A stretch of 64,000 nucleotides of DNA from an uncultured Verrucomicrobiae bacterium (GTDB taxonomy: Bacteria; Verrucomicrobiota; Verrucomicrobiia; Limisphaerales; UBA11358), in the NCBI GenBank assembly GCA_963802515.1, contig CAWDIX010000002.1, forward strand, positions 566,857 through 630,856, read 5' to 3'. The notes under the pieces were generated by a model. The model was not told where the DNA came from. It did not search any database and worked only from the letters and a program-made list of their open reading frames with translations. This document shows, in pieces, positions 10,042 through 18,453 of the stretch; position 1 is the stretch's first letter, and each line of letters starts with the position of its first letter. A program made the position numbers and the translations under genes.

Positions 10042-10119
10042 TGGTAGCGCGTGAAGGATTTGCACCTTCAACACCTTCCCGTTCTGAGCGGGACGCCTCT
10101 GCTATTGGGCTAACGCGCC
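10042..10119 (-). tRNA. non-canonical tRNA-like gene, anticodon CAG, class-I (7-nt variable region), GTGC T-loop, CCA encoded
   Basis: Hand fold of the reverse complement: GGCGCGT-TA-GCC(C)-AATAGCAG-(A)GGC-G-TCCCG-CTCAGAA-CGGGA-AGGTGTT-GAAGG-TGCAAAT-CCTTC-ACGCGCT-A-CCA. There is a G1.U72 wobble; all other stem pairs are Watson-Crick. Confidence 0.5.
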
Positions 10120-10266
10120 GATATACTGGCGCATCCGGCAGGACTCCCACCTGCAATTCGAGCAACTCGATCAAAGATTGAAAGGCATTAAGTTGCACTG
10201 TTTAATAAAGATCGTCATACTTCCGGCGTAGCAGCGGCGTTTTGTGATTAACATTCGACCTCATTC

Positions 10267-11286
10267 ATGGGCTTATCCAATGCGCCATCGGAGACCGGTT
10301 CCGATCGGGTTAAAGCGGAATTTCCTTCAGTTCCGCTTTCGTGGTTTTATTTGTGTTCCAGTGGTGAACTGAATCGCGGGCCAACGAGCGTGGAACTTTG
10401 CGGCCACACCTATGTCGGTTACCGAACCCGGTCTGGACGAGCGATTGTTTTATCGGGGCGGTGCTCGCATCTTGGCGCGCAACTGTGTAACGGAGCCGTG
10501 AAGGGCGAACGGCTGGTTTGTCCCTTGCATGGTTGGGAATATGGCCCGGACGGCGTCTGCGAACAAATTCCGGCGGCGGAAACGATCCCGGGTTTTGCCC
10601 GGCAAGCGAGTTATCCCGTTGAGGAGCGAGGTGGTCAGGTTTTTTTCTTCAATCGTCAGCCAGCCCGGTTTGCCCTGCCCTTTTTTGACGGATGGTCACC
10701 GGATCAGCTATTGTCCGCCAGGTCGTTTGAACTGATTGCCGAAACGCCCTGGTATTTCATTGGCGCGAACGGATTTGACATCCAGCATTTCCGGATGGCG
10801 CACGATCGAACGTTGATTGGCCAACCCGAGGTGAGTAACCCATCGCCTTTTGCCCGGCGGGTGGTGGCGCACTTTGAGGTTTCCGGTGATTCTTATCAGG
10901 ATCGACTGACTCGTTGGATTGCCGGGGCGCGAGTTACAATGGATATCACCGTGTGGTGCGGCGGTTTGATCCTGGTACGCGCTGAATTCCCGCGCACAAT
11001 GAGTTTTGGAATCTTCAATGTTCTGCCCATTGACGCCAACCGGACTCGTGGCCGGGTGATTGTCTGGGTGCAGCGCAGTAAAAATGCGCCCGGGCGCGCA
11101 TTTTTCGATCCGCTCAATGCCGCCATTCGCCGAATGTTCATTCGAACATTTCTGCGTTCAGACTTGCCGCGCATCGCCGGTTTGCGTTATCAACCCGGAA
11201 ATCTGATTGCCGCCGACGGAGTTATGGCGGAATATTTTGCGTGGCTGGAAAATGTTTCCAGACCACTACCCATGGAGAACACATGA
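10267..11286 (+). CDS. Rieske [2Fe-2S] non-heme iron oxygenase
   Basis: Rieske motif CSHLGAQL...CPLHGWEY. A downstream mononuclear-iron motif DIQHFRMAH fits D-x2-H-x4-H. Confidence 0.85.
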   Translation: MGLSNAPSETGSDRVKAEFPSVPLSWFYLCSSGELNRGPTSVELCGHTYVGYRTRSGRAIVLSGRCSHLGAQLCNGAVKGERLVCPLHGWEYGPDGVCEQIPAAETIPGFARQASYPVEERGGQVFFFNRQPARFALPFFDGWSPDQLLSARSFELIAETPWYFIGANGFDIQHFRMAHDRTLIGQPEVSNPSPFARRVVAHFEVSGDSYQDRLTRWIAGARVTMDITVWCGGLILVRAEFPRTMSFGIFNVLPIDANRTRGRVIVWVQRSKNAPGRAFFDPLNAAIRRMFIRTFLRSDLPRIAGLRYQPGNLIAADGVMAEYFAWLENVSRPLPMENT

Positions 11287-11894
11287 AAAAGCTTCTGGTC
11301 ATTATTGTTACGCTTGCCTCTTTTGCGCTCACAGCGGAGGCTCAAGTCAACCCACCGCCGATGGATACCGCCACCGAGCAAGCCATCACTAAATTGCGCG
11401 AAGGATTGGTGGACAGCTTCAATCACGGGGACATTGACCGGCTCCTGACTTACCTCGACACAAACACGGTTGTAACCTGGCAAAATGGAGAGGTTTGCGA
11501 AGGAGCCGGAGCAGTGAAGGCGTATTACGAACGCATGATGAAAGGGGAACATCCGGTGGTCAGCAAAGTCACCGCCGATCCAATAGTTCTCGGGCGTCAT
11601 TTCCAAGGAGACTGGGCGGTTTCGTGGGGAAATTTAAACGACCACTTTGTCTTGACCGACGGACGCGAATTGCCGTTGAACAGCCGGTTCACCGCGACCA
11701 TCGCGCGACGGGGTGACCGTTGGCTCGTGACGGCCTTTCATGTGTCGGTCAACGCTTTCGACAATCCGGTCCTGTCTTTGGCTGTAAAAAAGACATCTAT
11801 GTTTGCCAGCATCATCGGTCTGGTGGCCGGTTTTCTTACCGGTGTGATGGTAATGCGTTTGTTGCGGCGCCCCAAGGACAGCAGCAGAGCATGA
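11283..11894 (+). CDS. NTF2/SnoaL-like (DUF4440-like) protein with signal peptide and C-terminal TM helix
   Basis: The ATG at 11283 overlaps the Rieske stop (ATGA). Signal peptide: MKKLLVIIVTLASFALTAEA. NTF2-like core: ...DIDRLLTYLD...RRGDRWLVTAFHVS. The tail is hydrophobic: IIGLVAGFLTGVMVM. Confidence 0.65.
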   Translation: MKKLLVIIVTLASFALTAEAQVNPPPMDTATEQAITKLREGLVDSFNHGDIDRLLTYLDTNTVVTWQNGEVCEGAGAVKAYYERMMKGEHPVVSKVTADPIVLGRHFQGDWAVSWGNLNDHFVLTDGRELPLNSRFTATIARRGDRWLVTAFHVSVNAFDNPVLSLAVKKTSMFASIIGLVAGFLTGVMVMRLLRRPKDSSRA

Positions 11895-12913
11895 TCAGCC
11901 GGCCCGAAGTGATTTCCGCAGAAGACAAGGATTTGCTGGCACAGGCGGGGGCGTGGGAGCAATGTCCCGTTTTAGAAGATTGCACACCACTTAAACTGGC
12001 GGCGGTCGCGCGCAAACACGGGCTTGAATTCGCCACCGCCGTGCTTTACGACCGGGTCCTGCGTAAGGTGGCGCATCGGACGTTTTTTCAGGGGGTGCAA
12101 TCCGGCGACACCTGCGCGCCCCTTGCGCCAACACTGGTCGGCATCGTTCCTGGAGCCTTCTATTTGGAGCACAGAAACACCGGTGCGGACGGAGCGCGTC
12201 TGGCCTCCATCATCGAATCGATGAATTGTCCCGTCGAACGGGTGCCCGTTGAAAGCTTCGGCTCGTTGGGCAGAAATGCTTTGCGAATTGCGGATTGGCT
12301 CATGCAACACAAACAACAGCGAGTCGTATTGATCAGCCTGAGCAAGGGAAGCGCGGATATGAAGGTTGCGCTGGCGTTGCCCGACGCCATTGAACTTTTC
12401 GGCAATGTGGCTGCCTGGATCAGTTTGAGTGGATTGCCGCAAGGAACCCCGTTGGTAACCTGGCTTCGCCGCCAGCGGTTGCGGCAACCGGGTGTGCGCC
12501 TGTTGCTCTGGCTACGCGGCCAACGGTATTCAGTCGTGGAGGAGTTGCGGCCGGAATCCGATGGGCCGCTGGCAGCATGGCCGGTGCTGCCGCCGAACTT
12601 GCGGGTCATTCATATGGTCAGTTTTCCCCTGCGCCGGCACCTCGCACATCCCTGGGCGGCGCGCGCCTACGAGCGTGTCGCCCCTTGGGGGCCTAACGAC
12701 GGTGGCGGTTTCCTTTTGGCAGATGTGACTCGTCTTCCCGGCACGGTATTTCCAGTGTGGGGGGCTGACCATTATCTTCAGCCCGCATGGGATTCAACGG
12801 AACTCTTGCGCAGGGTGCTGGTTGAATCAATGGCGCCGCATGCCGAGTTATGCCAGGCTAACCAATCCGCAGCCCAGCCGATCACACCTCCCGCCAACAG
12901 ATCGAGCGCGTAG
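11891..12913 (+). CDS. alpha/beta-hydrolase-like protein (putative esterase/lipase)
   Basis: The ATG at 11891 overlaps the previous stop (ATGA). Candidate nucleophile elbow VVLISLSKGS; later NDGGG and GADHY are possible Asp/His triad members. The assignment is tentative. Confidence 0.55.
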   Translation: MISRPEVISAEDKDLLAQAGAWEQCPVLEDCTPLKLAAVARKHGLEFATAVLYDRVLRKVAHRTFFQGVQSGDTCAPLAPTLVGIVPGAFYLEHRNTGADGARLASIIESMNCPVERVPVESFGSLGRNALRIADWLMQHKQQRVVLISLSKGSADMKVALALPDAIELFGNVAAWISLSGLPQGTPLVTWLRRQRLRQPGVRLLLWLRGQRYSVVEELRPESDGPLAAWPVLPPNLRVIHMVSFPLRRHLAHPWAARAYERVAPWGPNDGGGFLLADVTRLPGTVFPVWGADHYLQPAWDSTELLRRVLVESMAPHAELCQANQSAAQPITPPANRSSA

Positions 12914-13485
12914 TGCTGTTTCGTGGCGAGGGTGGCAAAAAGAATTAGAATCGCCCAAACCAAGAGGAGGGCCGACATCCCGGCGTTCATCTGCCGCCCC
13001 AATAAACGCCGGCACAGGAGGAGCGTGTAAATGAGAAACCCCGCATGTAACGATGGGAAAGCGTTCAGCGGACCATCCACCCGGGTTATGAAAATCAAGG
13101 TGGCGTTTTCTCCCAGGTTTGCCGGCCGAGGCGACGCAACTGGAAAAAGGGCGAAGATCACAAAGCTCAAACCCGAGAGCACCACAAAACCGGCTGTATA
13201 ACGGCGCAACTCCGCCCGCGAGGCCATTAACCAGGGGATGATTCCTGTGATCAGGAAATTGGATTCATATATCCATGCCCAGGGATATGGCCGGAATCCC
13301 GCCCATCGGTCCAGGCACGTCATTGGCAGAGTATGAATCGGAAGCAGCGCGTGTCGTGAAAGAAGAAGATAACCACCCCAAAACCAAACACTCAAAACCA
13401 CAGTCAACACCAGTTTAACCGGCCAGAGCGTCTGCAGGCGCTGCAAACCGCGGACGCCACGTTCAACGGATGACGCGTCCGGCAT
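12778..13485 (-). CDS. PAP2-superfamily membrane protein (sphingomyelin-synthase/PAP2_C-like)
   Basis: Polytopic protein with FPSLHAGF and KQHYALDLLAGGVIGW motifs. The ATG at 13485 is preferred over the track start at 13524. The 3' end overlaps the convergent gene by 136 nt. Confidence 0.7.
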   Translation of the reverse strand: MPDASSVERGVRGLQRLQTLWPVKLVLTVVLSVWFWGGYLLLSRHALLPIHTLPMTCLDRWAGFRPYPWAWIYESNFLITGIIPWLMASRAELRRYTAGFVVLSGLSFVIFALFPVASPRPANLGENATLIFITRVDGPLNAFPSLHAGFLIYTLLLCRRLLGRQMNAGMSALLLVWAILILFATLATKQHYALDLLAGGVIGWAADWLAWHNSACGAIDSTSTLRKSSVESHAG

Positions 13486-14425
13486 ATTGATTCTCGATGT
13501 GCTCCTTTGCCTTACGCGGGCCACGCCACATTTTGAAATAAGACCAGAGCAAGAAACCGCGCTTTTCGGTTTGGGTCGCGTTGCCGAGCACCGGCAAATG
13601 AATCCACGGCACGGTGGGATGTTCGTGATGCACCCGGTGCCAGTTGTGATTCAGCCACAGACGATCAATGGGTTCCCACAATCTGAGATTGCGTGCGCCG
13701 CGCGTCACATGCCGTTCGGTGCCGTAATGATGCACGTATTGCATGGCCGACCACGTCAGACCGAAACCGAAATACATCACCGCGTAGTTCAGCAGCGGAA
13801 TGTGAAAGAAGCAGATAATCAACGTGTGCAGGCCGATTACCGCGAGGCATTCTAGTTGAATCAGCCGACGATAGGATGGGTTGAGAGATTCCATGAATGC
13901 ATGGGACGGCCGGTCGAAATCCCAGTACTTTTTATTGGCAGCAAACGGGAAAAACAGAAACACAACGTTGCCCAAAACCACCACGATCCAATAACCGCCA
14001 GTCAGAATTCCGTAAAGGACCAAATATCGCCATAAGCGGTGGTCTCCATCAAAATAGAGGTCGAAGGCTTCGTCATCCGAACGGTTGCGAAAATGATGTC
14101 CCAGATGCCCTTGCCGGATCAGATGGAAGGGTGCCGGGAAAAATAAGGCCATTAATGCGCCAGCCGCGTCGTTCCAGCGCCGGCTCGGGAAGAGCATGGC
14201 GTGTTCCGCCTCGTGAATGATTGAATACACGGAATTCATCACGATGCCGAAGACGAGCGCCAGACAGGCCAGACTCCAGGGCTGGTGCATGCGTGCGGCA
14301 GCGTAACAGCAGAGAGCAATGGCGGTGAGCTGTGCGGCCATGAACACCAGGTTCATCCCCACGGGAATGTCCATGGGGCTGGACGTTGGCTCAATGACCG
14401 GCGCACTTGGAAGTCTGGTCGGCAC
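13463..14425 (-). CDS. membrane fatty-acid-desaturase-family protein
   Basis: Three His boxes (HEAEH, HLGHHFRN, HNWHRVHHEH) in a polytopic protein. Confidence 0.85.
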   Translation of the reverse strand: MPTRLPSAPVIEPTSSPMDIPVGMNLVFMAAQLTAIALCCYAAARMHQPWSLACLALVFGIVMNSVYSIIHEAEHAMLFPSRRWNDAAGALMALFFPAPFHLIRQGHLGHHFRNRSDDEAFDLYFDGDHRLWRYLVLYGILTGGYWIVVVLGNVVFLFFPFAANKKYWDFDRPSHAFMESLNPSYRRLIQLECLAVIGLHTLIICFFHIPLLNYAVMYFGFGLTWSAMQYVHHYGTERHVTRGARNLRLWEPIDRLWLNHNWHRVHHEHPTVPWIHLPVLGNATQTEKRGFLLWSYFKMWRGPRKAKEHIENQYAGRVIR

Positions 14426-14599
14426 AACGCCGAATTATGGCAAATGACGTCCGACCCCACAATTTCAAAAATTCGGGGCCACATTAAAAAAATCGTGGAC
14501 CCATTGAAATTTTCAACCCGACCCCGCCGCCATTCCGCTTGAAGCTGCGGGAGTTGAGGTCTATATCTTGTTTGCAGAAACAGGCAGCGACAGAAATCC

Positions 14600-15988
14600 A
14601 TGTCCGACCGAAAAATTAAAATCGTTTTGGTTTCTCCGAAAGGGCCGCTCTACCGGCATCGCGGGGGTATCTGGAAGAAGTCACTGCGCTATCAACCGTT
14701 GACCTTGACGACGCTCGCGGCACTCGTGCCGCCGGAGCTCGCGGTTGATTTGGAGCTTTTCGATGAGGGCATCACCGATGTGCCGGTGGATTTGGAAGCG
14801 GACCTCGTCGGACTGACCGTCATCACCGGCACGGCCAGGCGCGCGTATGAGTTGGCCGATCTTTTTCGGCAACGCGGCATCACGGTCGTTCTCGGCGGCC
14901 CGCACGTGACCTTGATTCCCGAAGATGCGCAACCGCACGCGAACGCCATCGTGGTGGGGTATGCGGAGGATTCCTGGCCGCAACTGATACGAGATTTTGC
15001 GAACGGTGAATTACAGCCGCGCTATGACCAGGCGCCGGGCTTGGATCTGGCCAATCGTCCATTTGCGCGGCGCGAACTCCTGCCGGGCAGTCGCTATCTG
15101 ACCAACAACGTTTTTGAGGCCACGCGCGGTTGTATTCACAACTGCGATTTTTGTGTCGTCCCAACCGCCTGGGGGCGCAAGCCATATCTAAAACCGGTGG
15201 CCGATGTCGTGGCTGACATTCGTCAGCACGGCGCTCGCAAGCTCATATTCGTTGACTTAAACATCATCGCCGATCTTGAATATGCTCGGCAGTTGTTTCT
15301 CGCGCTGGTTCCCTTGCGGGTGCAGTGGTATGGGCTGGCCACGGTGCTGCTCGCCGATGATTTGGAACTGCTCAAACTGGCCGCGCGCAGCGGTTGCAAA
15401 GGTTTGCTGATGGGCTTGGAATCCATCTCGCAGCAAAACTTGCGACAGAATCACAAGGGCTTCAACTCCCCGGAAAACTTTGTTCGTGTTGTTGAGCGCC
15501 TGCACGAGCACGGCATCGCGTTGCAAGGCTGCTTCGTATTCGGCCTGGATCAGGATGAACCCGATGTCTTTCTGAAAACCGCTGAATTCGCGGTCGCCGC
15601 CAGGATTGATTTGCCGCGCTATGCGGTCGTCACGCCGTTTCCGAACACCGGGCTTTACAAACGTCTCGAAGCTGAAGGCCGGATTCTCACGAAGAACTGG
15701 GAGCTGTACGACGGACAGCATGTCGTTTTTAAGCCGGCGAAAATGAGCATCGAAGAACTGCAAACAGGAATCGAAAACGCGTGGAAATTCACCTACAGCC
15801 TGTGCTCGATTGTCAAACGCATTCGCCATTCGCCGGCCCCCTGGCCCGTCAAGCTCGGCACGAATCTCGGATACCGGTTTTACGCGCACAACCTGGGCCG
15901 TTTTTACAACTGCGACTGGATCATCGGCCGGGCAAAAGCAAATCCCGTGAATTTCCAACCCGCCCAGCCATCGGTGGAGGCGGTTTGA
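14600..15988 (+). CDS. B12-binding-domain radical SAM protein (COG1032-type, DUF4070-like tail)
   Basis: N-terminal Rossmann-like segment: KIVLVSP...DLVGLTVITGTA...VVLGGPHVT. Radical SAM motif: RGCIHNCDFCVV. C-terminal: LYDGQHVVFKPAKMS. Confidence 0.9.
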   Translation: MSDRKIKIVLVSPKGPLYRHRGGIWKKSLRYQPLTLTTLAALVPPELAVDLELFDEGITDVPVDLEADLVGLTVITGTARRAYELADLFRQRGITVVLGGPHVTLIPEDAQPHANAIVVGYAEDSWPQLIRDFANGELQPRYDQAPGLDLANRPFARRELLPGSRYLTNNVFEATRGCIHNCDFCVVPTAWGRKPYLKPVADVVADIRQHGARKLIFVDLNIIADLEYARQLFLALVPLRVQWYGLATVLLADDLELLKLAARSGCKGLLMGLESISQQNLRQNHKGFNSPENFVRVVERLHEHGIALQGCFVFGLDQDEPDVFLKTAEFAVAARIDLPRYAVVTPFPNTGLYKRLEAEGRILTKNWELYDGQHVVFKPAKMSIEELQTGIENAWKFTYSLCSIVKRIRHSPAPWPVKLGTNLGYRFYAHNLGRFYNCDWIIGRAKANPVNFQPAQPSVEAV

Positions 15989-15994
15989 AAAGTC

Positions 15995-17350
15995 ATGCGC
16001 CTCACCCTTGTCCATCCCTGTGTTGGCCGGAAGCCGGGACAAAAATACATTCGCACGTGGCAAATGGAAGCGTTGCCCGCCGCCACCCTCGCCGGGCTGA
16101 CGCCGAGCGATGTCGAAGTGCGGTTCTATGACGACCGCTTGGAACAAATTCCGTTTGACGAACCGACCGATCTGGTCGCCATCAGCGTCGAAACCTATAC
16201 GGCGAAGCGCGCTTACCAGATTGCCACGGAATTTCGCAAACGCCGCGTGCCCGTGGTCATGGGCGGTTTTCATGCAACACTTTGCCCGGACGAAGTTGCG
16301 CTGTACGCTGAATCTGTTGTTTGCGGTGAGGCCGAATTGCTCTGGCCTCGGGTAATTGATGACGCGCGGCATGGGCGATTGGAGAAGTTTTATCGTCAGT
16401 CCGCCAGGCCTTCGCTGGCCGGATTAAAACCCGACCGGTCCATTTTTCGAGGCAAAAGCTATCTGCCCATCGGGTTGGTCGAGGCCGGACGCGGGTGCCA
16501 TTTCAAATGCGACTTCTGCGCCGTGCAAACCGTCTTCAACGCCACACAAACCCGCCGGCCTGTTGACAAAATCATCGCGGAAATCGGGCCGCTGAAACAC
16601 ACGCGGAAACTTTTCTTTTTCGTAGATGACAACATCACATCGAATCTCGAACAGGCGAAGGAATTCTTCCGCGCCCTGATTCCGCTAAAAGTTCGGTGGG
16701 TCAGCCAGTCCTCCATCAACGCGGCCCACGACGAGGAATTTCTGGATTTACTCAAGCGCAGCGGCTGCCAGGGCGTCCTTATCGGCTTTGAGAGCCTGAA
16801 CCAGGCAAATCTCAAGGACATGAACAAGGCCTTCAACACCATGTGCGGCGGATTCGAAAAGGCTCTGGCGAACCTTCATCGCCATCGCATTCGCGTCTAT
16901 GGCACGTTCATTTTCGGCTACGACCGTGATACGCCGGAAATATTTGCCCGGACCGTTGCCTTTGCCAAGGAACACGCACTTTACATCGCAGCCTTCAATC
17001 ATCTCACGCCGTTTCCCGGTACGCCGCTGTACGCCCGACTTCAAGCCGAAGGCCGTCTGCTCTACGAGCGATGGTGGCTGGACAACCGGTACAGCTACAA
17101 TCGCATTCCATTTCAGCCGCGCGGTATGACGCCTGATGCACTCCAGCAGAACTGCCTGGCCTCGCGTCGGGAATTTTATTCATGGCGCAGCATTGCCAGT
17201 CGCAGTCTGGCGCCGGTGAACCGGAGCGACTGGTTTATGTGGCGAAATTTTTACACGATCAACGCGCTTCATCGAAATGATGTTAGCCTGCGCGATCACT
17301 ACCCGCTCGGAGACGAATCATGGCAAGGACCATTCTTGAACGCGAACTGA
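15995..17350 (+). CDS. B12-binding-domain radical SAM protein (paralogue of the preceding gene)
   Basis: Same architecture as the preceding gene: DLVAISVETYTA...VVMGGFHAT, then RGCHFKCDFCAV. It starts 7 nt after the previous stop. Confidence 0.9.
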   Translation: MRLTLVHPCVGRKPGQKYIRTWQMEALPAATLAGLTPSDVEVRFYDDRLEQIPFDEPTDLVAISVETYTAKRAYQIATEFRKRRVPVVMGGFHATLCPDEVALYAESVVCGEAELLWPRVIDDARHGRLEKFYRQSARPSLAGLKPDRSIFRGKSYLPIGLVEAGRGCHFKCDFCAVQTVFNATQTRRPVDKIIAEIGPLKHTRKLFFFVDDNITSNLEQAKEFFRALIPLKVRWVSQSSINAAHDEEFLDLLKRSGCQGVLIGFESLNQANLKDMNKAFNTMCGGFEKALANLHRHRIRVYGTFIFGYDRDTPEIFARTVAFAKEHALYIAAFNHLTPFPGTPLYARLQAEGRLLYERWWLDNRYSYNRIPFQPRGMTPDALQQNCLASRREFYSWRSIASRSLAPVNRSDWFMWRNFYTINALHRNDVSLRDHYPLGDESWQGPFLNAN

Positions 17351-18453
17351 CGGTTGCCCGTTCCGGTGACACCTCTTTCAGCGTCGCCAACGAAGGCGAC
17401 GACCCTGATATTCGCCGCCTGCTGCGCGAAAACCCGATGCCCGGCAAAACCTCGATTTCCCTTGAGCGCGAGCCGGACTTTTTTGCCGACGCCGGTTTGC
17501 CGGATGAAACCAAACAAACGATTGTTGCCCGCAGCCGGGGACAGGTAATCGGCATGGGCAGTTGCACATTTCGCCGGCGGTTTGTGAACGGTGAGCCTCG
17601 GCGTGTGGGTTATCTGGGAGGGTTGCGGCTTGGTAAATCCCACGCCGGGCGTTTCGACTTTTTGCGGCGCGGTTACGGGTTTTTTCACGAACTCCAGGCC
17701 GATGCGCCCGCGGATTTTTATTTTACGAGCATCGCCGCCGATAATGAACCGGCACGACATTTTCTGGAACGCGGTTTGCGAGGAATGCCCCGCTACGAAT
17801 TCATTGGCGAATTTGTGACCTTGCTTTTGCCAACCATAGGCGCGGCGCGTTGGGATTTGGCAACCCGGCAACCAAATTGGGAGCGGCCCAAGCTGGCTGT
17901 AAAAGTAAACGAATTCAATCGGGATTATCAATTCGCTCCGTGCTGGTCGGCTGATGAACTGGCCGCGCTCGAATCACTGGGCTTGCGGACCGGGGATTTT
18001 CTTGTCAAGGAGCAGGAAGGAAGAATCGCGGCTTGCGCCGCGCTGTGGGACCAACGTTCGTTTAAGCAAACCGTTGTTCGTGACTATGCCCCGGCGTTAA
18101 AACGGGCACGAACACTGGTTAATTTTGCATCCAAGCTGGCTGGAAAGCCAATTTTGCCAGCCATCGGAGCGACACTTGCCTGCGCCACGGTTTCACATCT
18201 GGTAGTTGGCCGTGAAGCGTCAGTTGCGCTGGCCGAATGTCTGGCCGCGCTTCAAAGCCGGGCAGCTAAACGGAACGTAGAATTTATTTCGCTCGGCTTT
18301 GCTGCGAATGATCCGCGTCTCGCCACGGTCCGCGCGCGTTTCAAAAGTCGGGAGTATCGCAGCCGTCTTTATGTCGTGCGCTGGCCGGATGTGGGCGGCG
18401 CCTTAAATCAACTCGATGGCCGTGTATTGCAGCCGGAGCTTGCCCTGCTATGA
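17320..18453 (+). CDS. two-domain GNAT-fold-like protein, function unknown
   Basis: The ATG at 17320 overlaps the radical SAM gene by 31 nt. The segments IVARSRGQVIGMGSCTF...VGYLGGLRLGKSHAGRFDFLRRGYG resemble GNAT strand-helix motif A. At 377 aa it is compatible with a tandem acyltransferase fold. The call is tentative. Confidence 0.55.
   Translation: MARTILERELTVARSGDTSFSVANEGDDPDIRRLLRENPMPGKTSISLEREPDFFADAGLPDETKQTIVARSRGQVIGMGSCTFRRRFVNGEPRRVGYLGGLRLGKSHAGRFDFLRRGYGFFHELQADAPADFYFTSIAADNEPARHFLERGLRGMPRYEFIGEFVTLLLPTIGAARWDLATRQPNWERPKLAVKVNEFNRDYQFAPCWSADELAALESLGLRTGDFLVKEQEGRIAACAALWDQRSFKQTVVRDYAPALKRARTLVNFASKLAGKPILPAIGATLACATVSHLVVGREASVALAECLAALQSRAAKRNVEFISLGFAANDPRLATVRARFKSREYRSRLYVVRWPDVGGALNQLDGRVLQPELALL

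Noticed and set aside
10042-10119. Plus-strand reading of the tRNA-like sequences (the hairpin TCCCG-TTCTGAG-CGGGA looks like a T arm with TTC).
   Set aside because: On the plus strand the arm order and spacers are mirror-imaged: there is no 2-nt 8/9 spacer, and the T-like arm is not adjacent to the acceptor. No CCA follows. The minus strand gives correct topology, canonical anticodon loops and CCA for both copies.
10127-10154. A third tRNA-like piece on the minus strand: GCAGG-TGGGAGT-CCTGC-CGGATGC-G-CCA.
   Set aside because: Only a T-arm, 3' acceptor strand and CCA can be drawn. No complementary 5' acceptor strand (GCATCCG) or D/anticodon arms exist upstream, so it is noted as a fragment and not called as a gene.
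14426-14599. Possible cobalamin riboswitch ahead of the B12-radical-SAM operon.
   Set aside because: The spacer is too short and AT-rich, and I could find no B12-box-like string.
15257-16372. 371-aa minus-strand ORF.
   Set aside because: It is antisense to the two radical SAM genes, which carry clear CxxxCxxC motifs on the plus strand.
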